Assembly: GCA_918797485.1 (NCBI GenBank)
Contig: CAKKNE010000001.1
Location: forward strand, 2,542,001 to 2,606,000
Origin: Pelagomonas calceolata
Lineage: Eukaryota
DNA: 64,000 nt
Direction: 5' to 3'
The notes beneath the pieces were generated by a model, which saw nothing but the letters and a program-made list of their open reading frames with translations, was not told the origin of the DNA and searched no databases. Made by a program: the position numbers and the translations under genes. Position 1 is the stretch's first letter. The number at the start of each line of letters is the position of its first letter. Below are positions 48,396-59,027 of this stretch, piece by piece.

Positions 48396-49389
48396 CTACT
48401 CCTCCCCCGGCCCGTCGTCGCCGACGGCGCCGTCGGCGGCGTCGTCGGCGTCGTCGTCGACGAGCGCGGGCACGTAGACGACGACGAGGCCGAGCGCGTC
48501 CCGCAGCGTCGCGACGACGCGCAGCGCGCCGCTCGCCTTCTCGCAGCTGAGCGCGAGCGGGTCCAGCTTCTCGAGGCCCAGCGCCGCCGCGAGCTTGCCG
48601 GCGTCGACGCGGACGCGCGCCGCCGCGCCCGCCTCGTTGGCCAACCCGGCGGGCGCCGGGCAATCGGGGAAGAAGGCCCGGACGGCGCACGCCGGCGCGC
48701 GCGCGCGCACCGTCAGCTCGCCGGCCGCGTCGAGCCTGACGCCGACCGGCTTCACGGCCGCCCGGGCGCCGCGCCGGTCGCCGAGCCGCCGCAGCCGCGC
48801 CACGACGCGCGCGACGCCGCGGCCGCCGCCCGGGAGGTCGAGGACGACGCCTCGGCGGCGCGCGAGCGCCGGCGGCGCGTAGGCGCCGGCCTCGGCCGCG
48901 CGCATGACCTTGACGGGCACGTCCGTGCCTGCGCGGAAACCACGCCGTCGATAGGATGCGGTCGTGGGAACGACGTCCCGACATTCGATTGCCGCGCGGG
49001 GCCGCGCGGAGGACGACGCTGCGCTTCTGCGACGCGAGGCGGAGCTGCGGCGCCGCCCGCGCGTTCTTCGCGAGCCGCAGCGCGATCGCGTCGCCCGAGT
49101 GCTTCTGCAGCGCCCTCACGAGCTGCTTGAGCGAGACGTGCAGCAGGACCTCGCCGCGCGCGCGGCTCTCGACCATGTACCGCTCGAACAGCCGCGGGTC
49201 GAGGTCCGCCCAGGCGCGCGCGTCGTCCGCGGCGCACACGAGGCCGAAGCTCATGCCCTCGCGGCTCAGCCGCAGGACGCAGCGCCGGCCGGCGCAGGAC
49301 GACGACGCGAGCTCGACCCGCCGCAGCGCCTGCGTGACCTGCAGCAGGAGGGCGAGCGTGTCCTTGGGGACGGAGGCCTTGAAGCGCAT
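48396..49389 (-). CDS. HUS1: Checkpoint clamp (9-1-1) subunit HUS1; 2 exons (49389-49008, 48928-48396)
   Basis: MRFKA start, CVLRLS, AWADLDPRLFERYMVES, VSLKQLVRAL, LRLAK. Splicing gives SVVLRTDVPVKVM. Also VRVDAGKL and VVYVPAL. Confidence 0.85.
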
Positions 49390-49418
49390 GTCCTTGGGGA
49401 CGGAGGCCTTGAAGCGCA
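49359..49418. repeat. Perfect 30-bp tandem duplication spanning the HUS1 start, followed by (GT)n
   Basis: TGTCCTTGGGGACGGAGGCCTTGAAGCGCA at 49359-49388 and 49389-49418. Confidence 0.9.
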
Positions 49419-49537
49419 GTGTGTGTGTGTGTGTGGGATTCCTGCTCTAGGAGGGTAGATTAAAGGTACCGCCCCTGCTTGCTAGTGTCTTTCTGACCGC
49501 TAGCTAAACGTAGACAAGCGCTTAAGCGCCACAAAAA

Positions 49538-51049
49538 ATGCCCGGGCGCGGGGGGGCGATGCCTCCGGCGGCCGCCCGCGCCGTGACGCGCGGCCGCTTC
49601 CGCGTGACGCAGGAGGACGCCGCCGCGTCCCCGGCGCCGCGCGACGGCGCCGACGACCAGCGGGTCTTGAGAGGCCTGCAGCACCAGAGCACGATGGTGC
49701 TCCAGCGCCTCGCCGAGCTCGAGAAGGCCGTGCGGTCCCAGCACCGGGGCGGCGACGAGCCGCCGCGCGAGGCCCCCAAGGGCGCGGGCGCGAACCTCGA
49801 GGACCTCGACGCCTCGGCCGCGACGCGGCCGCTGCGGCGGGCGCACGACCTCGCCACGGAGCTGCGCGACGCGCTCGCGGCCGCGCGCACCCGGGCCGGC
49901 GAGCACGAGTCGATGCTGAAGCTCCTGAAGCAGAAGCACGCGTCGCTCGCCGCGAAGCTCGAGGCGGGCCAGGCCGACGCCGCGCGGCTGCGGCGGGAGA
50001 ACGAGGCGCTGCGGCGGGACCGCGACCGCTTCAAGCGCGAGCTCGACGACGAGCGCGCGCGGCACCAGGCGCGCGCCGCGGCCGCGCCGCCGCCGCCGGC
50101 CGCACCGGCGAGCCGCGCGCCCGTCCCGGCGCCGGCGGTCGTCGCGCGGCGCGCCGCCGCGGACCGCGAGTTCGCCGCGATCGCGGCGCAGGCGGCGCAG
50201 CCGACCGCGCCGCCGGCGCCCGTCGCGACGCCGCCGCTCGCTGCGCCGGGCGCGCCGGGGCCGCCGCAGCCGCCGCCCATGGGCCAGGCGCCGCCGTCCG
50301 CGCCGCCCCCGCACTTCCAGCCGCCGCCCATGGGCCAGGCGCCGCCGTCCGCGCCGCCGCCGCATTTCGGCGCGCCGCAGCCGCCGCCCATGGGCCAGGC
50401 GCCGCCGTCCGCGCCGCCCCCGCACTTCCAGCCGCCGCCCATGGGCCAGGCGCCGCCGTCCGCGCCGCCCCCGCACTTCCAGCCGCCGCCCATGGGCCAG
50501 GCGCCGCCGTCCGCGCCGCCGCCGCATTTCGGCGCGCCGCAGCCGCCGCCCATGGGCCGCGCGCAGCCGCCCGCGCCGCCCGCCGTGGCCGCGCCGGCGG
50601 GCGCCGGCGCGGGCGCGCCGCCCGGGCCGCCGGGCGCCGCGCCGCCCCGCACGCCGTCGTTCGACTCGCTCGCGCCGCCCGCGCACCCGGGCCACCCGGG
50701 CCACGCGGTCCCGGCGCCGCGCGCGGCGCCCTACCAGCCGCCGCCGCTCGCGATGGCGCCGCCGCCGCCCGCCGCCGCGCCCTTCGACCCGCTCGCGGCG
50801 GCGCCCGTGCCGCGCGGCCCCCCGGCCGCCGCCGCGGGCGGCGCGGCGGACGCGTTCCCCGCGCCGCCGCCGGGCCGCGCGGCGGGCGCCGCCGCGCCGC
50901 CGCGCGACGCGTCCGCCGCCGACGTCCTCGGCGCCTTCGTCGTGCCCGAGCCCGCGGCGCCGCCCGCGGCGGAGCCCTTCTGCCCCGCGCGCCACGCCGC
51001 CGAGGAGGACGAGTTCGGCGCGATCGCCGGCCGTACAGCGATCCGATGA
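49538..51049 (+). CDS. Coiled-coil plus Pro-rich repeat protein
   Basis: RGRFRVT short motif and a coiled coil. QPPPMGQAPPSAPPPHF(GAP) occurs 5-6 times at about 50266-50570. Confidence 0.65.
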   Translation: MPGRGGAMPPAAARAVTRGRFRVTQEDAAASPAPRDGADDQRVLRGLQHQSTMVLQRLAELEKAVRSQHRGGDEPPREAPKGAGANLEDLDASAATRPLRRAHDLATELRDALAAARTRAGEHESMLKLLKQKHASLAAKLEAGQADAARLRRENEALRRDRDRFKRELDDERARHQARAAAAPPPPAAPASRAPVPAPAVVARRAAADREFAAIAAQAAQPTAPPAPVATPPLAAPGAPGPPQPPPMGQAPPSAPPPHFQPPPMGQAPPSAPPPHFGAPQPPPMGQAPPSAPPPHFQPPPMGQAPPSAPPPHFQPPPMGQAPPSAPPPHFGAPQPPPMGRAQPPAPPAVAAPAGAGAGAPPGPPGAAPPRTPSFDSLAPPAHPGHPGHAVPAPRAAPYQPPPLAMAPPPPAAAPFDPLAAAPVPRGPPAAAAGGAADAFPAPPPGRAAGAAAPPRDASAADVLGAFVVPEPAAPPAAEPFCPARHAAEEDEFGAIAGRTAIR

Positions 51050-51140
51050 CCCCGCCCCCCGGAGGAACGTTCAACGGTGGGTCACATGTTTTTATTATAT
51101 CGCCTCCGGGTCCGCGTCGTCCCGCGCCCGCCCCGGGGCC

Positions 51141-51911
51141 TCAGGCCGGCGCGGGCCGCTTCTTCTTCAGGGCGGCCATGACCTTGGGGTCGAGGAAGTT
51201 GATCTGGTCGAGCCGCTTCCGGATGAAGGCCAACGAGCCCTCCTCCTCGGCCTTCATGGCCGCGGGCGCCGCGAACGGCACCTCGGCGCCGCCGACGCGG
51301 AGCCCCGCGCGCAGCGCGTCCGCGACGGGCACGACCTGCGCGTCCCAGAGCTCGCCCGCGTGCGCGCGCCAGAGGCCCGCGTGCGCGCGCCTGAGCGCGA
51401 AGGGCCCGAAGTGCCAGTCGAGGTCCGCGTCGAAGCCGGCGTCCCCCGCGGCGGCCGTCAGCAGCGCGTTCGCGAAGGACTCGGAGTGGTACTGCTCGAC
51501 GGGGTACGTGTCGCGGAAGAGGTCCGCGCGGCGCCGCGGCACGACGACGTCCAGGGCCCGCTCGGACGCCGCGCCGAGGCACGCGGCCCAGAGGGGAACC
51601 ATGGCGTCCTTCTCGGGCTCCTGCCAGCAGAGCCAGGCCGCGTCGCCGGCCGCGCGCGCCGCCGCGAGGCCCAGCGCCTCGCGCAGCGCCGCGCCCTTGC
51701 GCCCCTGCGCCGTCTGCTTGACGACCTCCGCGGCGGGGTGCGCCTCCTTCATCTTCGCCCGGATGGCCTCGCTCGGCGACGCGTCGACGACCACGACGTC
51801 CAGCTCGTGGGCCCGGCACTGCCCCAGGAACTTTAGGCAGCACGCGAGGCGCACGTCCGCCTCGGACGTGTAGAAGGTGCAGGTGAAAATGACGGGCGTG
51901 GCTTCTGCCAT
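51141..51911 (-). CDS. Putative GT-A-fold glycosyltransferase-like protein
   Basis: VVVVDASPS, GRKGAALREAL, WQEPEK (at the DxD position), DVVVPRR, WHFGP. ATG at 51911. Confidence 0.5.
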   Translation of the reverse strand: MAEATPVIFTCTFYTSEADVRLACCLKFLGQCRAHELDVVVVDASPSEAIRAKMKEAHPAAEVVKQTAQGRKGAALREALGLAAARAAGDAAWLCWQEPEKDAMVPLWAACLGAASERALDVVVPRRRADLFRDTYPVEQYHSESFANALLTAAAGDAGFDADLDWHFGPFALRRAHAGLWRAHAGELWDAQVVPVADALRAGLRVGGAEVPFAAPAAMKAEEEGSLAFIRKRLDQINFLDPKVMAALKKKRPAPA

Positions 51912-52142
51912 GCTTCGATGTGTGTACTTTTTTACTGTCACGCAGGGAGGTTGCCAGTCTTGCTGGACGCAGGTGTGCTGAGCAAAAAACGTGCTTTGTT
52001 GCCGAGGATCCCTTGCTCGACAACTACAAAAAAAACGCGTGTCGAGCAATCTAGTGTCGATACACGCTACTCGCTGCTTTTCGCTGACTGCCATTCAATC
52101 ATCAACTTGAGAGGAAAAGATGGATGAATTCTTCTTAGAGGT

Positions 52143-53070
52143 CTAGGCACCCGCGTCGACGCCGTCCACGTGTCGTATCAGGGCGACGCGCGATGGTCGC
52201 GTCGGCGCGTACTCGACGTAGGGTTGCGCCGAGGTGTCCGCTCTGGAGTTTTCGAAGCGCTTCAGACGAACAAGGGCATCCGCGTAGTTGCTGGCTGCTA
52301 TGAGAGTCCTTTCATTGTCCTGGCCGACGAGATCAAAACTTCTGGAGTAAACGTCTCGAAAGATCTTATGGGCCTCTTTTTTCCGTCCAAGCACCATATA
52401 CGTGGACGCAAGATTGGTCTGCACAGCGAAGAGTGTTTTTTCTGATGCGCCAAGGCGCCGCTCCATAGCCAACTCGGCCTCGTACACGGACAACGCGTCC
52501 TCGTGGTGCCTTGCCTCGGATAAACCGCCCCCAAGCACGCTCATCGCCAATTGCCGATTCGAGTCCCTCTCCGGCCGCCCGAGGTACGTCTTCCAGCACG
52601 CCCACCCGAGTGCGCACGCCAGTCTTGCTTGCACAGTCTACAAGTGTCCCACAGCCGCCACCTCGTATTGAACGCGGCGGTGTTCAAATTCCTCTCCTCG
52701 GCCTCCTGGACCAAAATCTTCGCTTGCCGCGCCAAGCACGACAAGTGCGCGATGCCGGACGCCCCGCGGCACGCGCACATGCGCACGAGGCCTTCCTCCG
52801 AGCCGTCCTCCAGACAAACGTAGCACGTCTGGCCTTCCGTGTCCTCCGCACACTCTTCGACGGCCTCCGCCGCGGCCTCCTCGTATTTCTTGTTGGCGTG
52901 GTGTTGTTCGGCGCCGCCGCCGCTTGCTATTTCATCACAATTTTCGTCGTGGCCGCCGCGGTGCGCGTGGTAGCGGAGGCATCGATCGCCGCAGTATCTT
53001 GTTCGACAATTCACACAGTGCGCGGGGGCGTCCTGCCCGAGGGGCTTTGCGCAGGCGGCAGGAGCATCAT
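52143..53070 (-). pseudogene. Pseudogene of the expanded pelagophyte MYND-like/RINGv/TPR family
   Basis: GGGAEQHHANKKY, QTCYVCL...EGLVRMCACRGASGIAHLSCL, CALGWACWKTY, QTNLASTY. Frameshift near 52620, ATGs at about 53067-53070 out of frame, truncated TPR tail, and lower GC than neighbours. Confidence 0.75.
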
Positions 53071-53450
53071 GACTTGCTGCAGTCCGCTTTACAGTAAAAC
53101 TGTACTCGCAGAGAGCCTGTAGCGGCTGCCCGCCTTCCACAAACGCAGTGTGCCTCTTGCTGTAGGTTGTCTTAGGTCAAGTGCTGCGGCGCGGCTAAGA
53201 AGCGCGGCGCGGGCAGCTTCGCGAGGGCAGCTTCGCGAGGGCTTTCTAAGTAGGGCCCCGCACGAACAACTGCGTGCTCTAGGGGTTGGTTTCATTTCGG
53301 GGGTGGGTTGAGGTTGAGGTTTTTGCCCACATGCCTAGTGTGTAATAGGCCGCTAGCTAACCACTGGAGCCAAGTTCGCCCTAGCCCCTCTAGCCCCCCT
53401 TCAAAGGGCTAACGCATGCGCACTTAAGGTCAACGGTGCTAAATCTGTAG

Positions 53451-55484
<2,034 letters not shown>

Positions 55485-56178
55485 AGTAGGCGCGCCGCCG
55501 GGGAGGCGCTCCGAGTCGTGCCTCCTAGTAGTACTAGGAGTAGTAGTAGGATGCTCGCCAGATAAGTAGATAGACAATTAGAAATCAGGACGGTCACAGC
55601 GCTTAGCGCTGTTCACCGGGCCAGGCTTCCCGAGAGCCGCTCCAGCGCGATGCAGGGGGAAATGGACTTCCCCGGCAGCGTAGTGTAGTCGTCTAACGAA
55701 ATAGTTTCTCCCATGTTCGATGGGGTTTGTGACGGGGAATTGCGTCCGTCAATAAAAGTGACTCAGGATGATGATAGTTAGGAGTGAGAGGCGACTTCCC
55801 CCTACTAAGGGGATATCGGAGTACCTAGGATGGGAAGTAGCCTAGGCGGGTAATACAAGTACGGGGTGTGCTTGGATACGTCTCAGTTGAACCTTGAGAT
55901 CCTACTAGACGTGTATTTCCATTGCACCAGCTATGGCATGGAGCCCTTCCCATGCTACGCATGAGAAATTCCCGGCAGCGTCCTCCCCCGGCCGACAAGG
56001 CTCGGACCGTAAAATAAAACATTAGAACCCGAGCTGGGGAGTCAGTGGGGACGGAGGAGGCCTCGGGAGCCCCACGTCACGGCACGAGGCTCCCCAGAGT
56101 CGGAGCGCTCGCGGCGCGCGGGGCCGACGTACGGGCGAAGCCCCTACCCCCCGGCGACGACGAGCCCCCGGCGGGTGC

Positions 56179-57447
56179 TTAGTCCGTTGCTGCCGCGCGC
56201 GCGCAGACGAGGCAGCGGCCCGGCGGCGCCGCGGCGCACCGCGCGTGCGCGGGGTGGCCGCAGCCCAGCACGACGACGCGGTCGGGCGTCGCCGCGAGGT
56301 CGCCGCCGCAGGCGCCGCAGGCCCGGCCGGCGGCGCCCGTGCACACGTGTGTCGCGAGCTGCGTGATGTCGACGCACATGTTGCAGCGCATGCAGTGGTG
56401 GAAGTCGACGCCGAGGCCGTGACCGCGCCGGCACACGTCGCAGAAGGGGCAGTGGAACGTGTGCGCGCCGGAGTCGTCGAAGTGCCGGCAGTGGCCGCAG
56501 TAGTAGCCCGCCTGCGGCGCCGCGCAGACGGCGCAGCGCCGGCCGACGGGCCCGCGCGCGCCGCAGGCGCGGCAGGCCATCTCCGTCACGGCGCGCGCGT
56601 CCATGGCGCGGTCGCAGGCGCCCGGCCGCGCGTCGTGGCACCGGCGGCAGCACACGAGCTGGCCGCAGCACGGCGCGGCGACGCGCGCGAGGTGCCCGTG
56701 GCGCGGGCACCGCCGCCGCGGCGCCGCCGGTGCCGCCGGCGCGGCCGGTGCCGCCGGCGCCGCGGGCGCCGCCGCCGGCGCGCCCGCCGCGGCGCCGAGC
56801 GCGCGGTCGAGCCAGCGCCGGAACCGCGTGCCGCGCGCGACCTCGCACATGGTCCCAAGCACGTGGCGCGCGAGCGCCGGCTCCAGGTGCTGCACCTGCA
56901 GGCGGATCGTGAGCTCGAGCACGTCGGCCGGCCGCGCGCCGAGCACGAGCCCCGCCATGCGCTTGAGCTCGCGCTCGGGGATCTCCGCGAGGAGCGGGAA
57001 GATCTCGCCCTCCTCGTGGTCCATGTGGTCCGCGAGCTTCTCCTTGAGGTCCTGGAGCGCCGCGACCGTCGCGCCGTCGCAGCGGCCGCGCGCCGCGGCG
57101 GCGTCCAGCGCCGCCGCCGCGCCGTCGACGAGCGCCACCTCGTCGATGTGCTCCGCCGCCGCGTGGCTCGCCACGTCGCGCCCCGCGCAGGCCGCGAGCG
57201 CGGGGAAGACGACGTCGTCCTCCGCCGCCGAGTGGCTCGCGAAGACCGCGTCGAACGCGCGGAAGCGCCGGCGCAGCGCCGCGAGCGCCGCGCCGTCGTT
57301 CGCCGGCGCCGCCGCCAGGGCCCGCGTCGCCTCGCACATGGCCTCCAGCTCGAGCCGCATCGCCCGGTGGAGGAGCGTGATCTCGATGAGGGGGTTCGTG
57401 CGCAGGAGCTCCAGGCGCTCCGGGCGCGGCATCGGCGGCGCGCTCAT
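56179..57447 (-). CDS. Hemerythrin (HHE) plus CHY/CTCHY zinc finger plus RING-like protein (BRUTUS/Pirh2-like)
   Basis: HRAMR...HSAAEDDVVFPAL...EH...HMDHEEGEIFPLL; APCCGQLVCCRRCHD, YYCGHCRHFDD, FHCPFCDVCRRG, CGHPAHARC. Confidence 0.85.
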   Translation of the reverse strand: MSAPPMPRPERLELLRTNPLIEITLLHRAMRLELEAMCEATRALAAAPANDGAALAALRRRFRAFDAVFASHSAAEDDVVFPALAACAGRDVASHAAAEHIDEVALVDGAAAALDAAAARGRCDGATVAALQDLKEKLADHMDHEEGEIFPLLAEIPERELKRMAGLVLGARPADVLELTIRLQVQHLEPALARHVLGTMCEVARGTRFRRWLDRALGAAAGAPAAAPAAPAAPAAPAAPAAPRRRCPRHGHLARVAAPCCGQLVCCRRCHDARPGACDRAMDARAVTEMACRACGARGPVGRRCAVCAAPQAGYYCGHCRHFDDSGAHTFHCPFCDVCRRGHGLGVDFHHCMRCNMCVDITQLATHVCTGAAGRACGACGGDLAATPDRVVVLGCGHPAHARCAAAPPGRCLVCARAAATD

Positions 57448-57699
57448 GCTGGCCGCTTTTTGCGTGCTTGTGACGGGTTCCGCGCCGCGGCTATTTCCAG
57501 CGCGCCCCCGCCCTGTGCGGACCCTAGCGTCGCTGAGGCACACACAGCAGGTACAGATGGGTTGACTGGTGGCGGACCGCCGTATCGCACGCAAAGCAGC
57601 CGAACCCCCGAGAAGGCGCGGGCCCGCTCAGCTTTGCCTACTGCCGTCTCAGCAGTGCTTCCCCAGCCTGGGCCTCCTACCCGACGTTCGGTCCGGCCG

Positions 57700-58025
57700 A
57701 CGCCGCCGGACGGGGCGCCCGACGGAGACCTCCGGACGGGGAAATTTCGCGCCGGACGGGGCCCGACGGCGGGCCGACGCTAGCATGGACGCCACTAGAC
57801 CGGTGCCGGACGGGGCGCCGGACGGCAGATCTGGTCCCGGACGGGGCCGGACGCAGCCGGACGGCCCCGGACGGGGCCGGACCGGAGCCCGACGCCGGAC
57901 GGGGCCCCCGACCGGAGCCGGACCAGAAGCCCGACCAGCCGGACGCCACTCCCCGGACGGAGCCCGACGGGGGCCGGACCGGGTCAAAACGAGTCCCGGA
58001 CAAACTGCCCGCGCGCCGGACCGAA
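57700..58025. repeat. Degenerate CCGGACGG(GG) minisatellite-like array
   Basis: About 10 copies of CCGGACGG interspersed with CCCGACG and CCGGACC in about 330 bp of non-coding DNA. Confidence 0.75.
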
Positions 58026-58152
58026 CGTCGGCTAGGGGGGCATCCTGGGAGGCTCGCGCAGGCCTCGTACCCGCACGCTTTTCCCAGCGACGCCATTTTC
58101 AGGCCGATACCCCTATAGCTCTTTCTAACTGCGGCTATTATCCCTCACTTTG

Positions 58153-58175
58153 CTAGTGTCTTACAGCATGCTAAC
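58153..58175 (-). promoter_or_regulatory. Bipartite CTAG promoter motif
   Basis: CTAGTGTCTTACagcatGCTAAC, upstream of the hemerythrin-CHY gene beyond the CCGG array. Confidence 0.5.
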
Positions 58176-59027
58176 GGGCTGGCGGCTAGGGGTACGCTGT
58201 TCGAACGAGGCGTGATTCCTACCAAAGGGTGCTCTGAATGCCATCTCTTACCGACGGACTTGACCGTTAGAGAAACCGCTGAACGAGCGAACATCAACAT
58301 CACGGAACTTATGGACTTCAAGACCGCGGCCGTGGACGCCATTATCAATCATGTTATTAAACTGACATGAGAGTGCGGAGCGCGTCTTCCATGCTACGCG
58401 GGAGAAAGTTCAGGAACTAGTCAGCCGCCTGCGGCGCCCGCCGCCTTCTTCGGCGCCCTCGCCGCGTTTTTCGCCGATCTCCGCGCGGCCCGGCGCGACA
58501 ACGGCAAGCGCCGCGCCGCCGCCCGCCGCGCCGCCGCCGCGCGCCGGGGGGGCGGTCGCCGCGCGCCTCGCGACCCTCAAGACCGAGACGGCTGACGACG
58601 TCCTCGCCAAGCTCCGGGGCCCGCGCCGCGCGCGCGGCGGTCGCGCGCCAGCGCCGGTGCCAGCTTCGCCGGCGGCCGCGCCGTCGTCCGCGGCGGCGGG
58701 CGGCGAGCTCCTCGCGCGCCTCGAGCGGAAGCGCGGGCGCCGGAGGAAGGCGACGCGCTGACGGCTTCTTCCACGTAGGGGACTGTGGTCGTTTGTCTAT
58801 ATATCGGGGGCCTTTGGAACTTGCTCGTTATGTTTAGGTCTTCCTAATTTGAACTTGAAATAACTACAGGTAGCCTGCCACTGAGCCTGACTCGGAGTGA
58901 CTCTTCATGTTTAGTTTACCCGGTGTGCTCGTCAGAGGCCGCCGGCCGGCGTAGCGCGACAACCCCCCCCCGGCTCGGACGCGCTGTCGTCCGTCTGATA
59001 AGTTAGTGCGCCCCCCGGACGGGCGAC

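Noticed and set aside
50266..50570. Regular direct repeats resembling a CRISPR array (also 20060-20260)
   Set aside because: They are in-frame coding tandem repeats without unique spacers, there are no cas genes, and the context is eukaryotic.
55500..56140. Lower-GC gap with a repeated CCCGGCAGCGT and small hairpins, as an ncRNA or TE
   Set aside because: The repeats are too short and no family signature was recognised.
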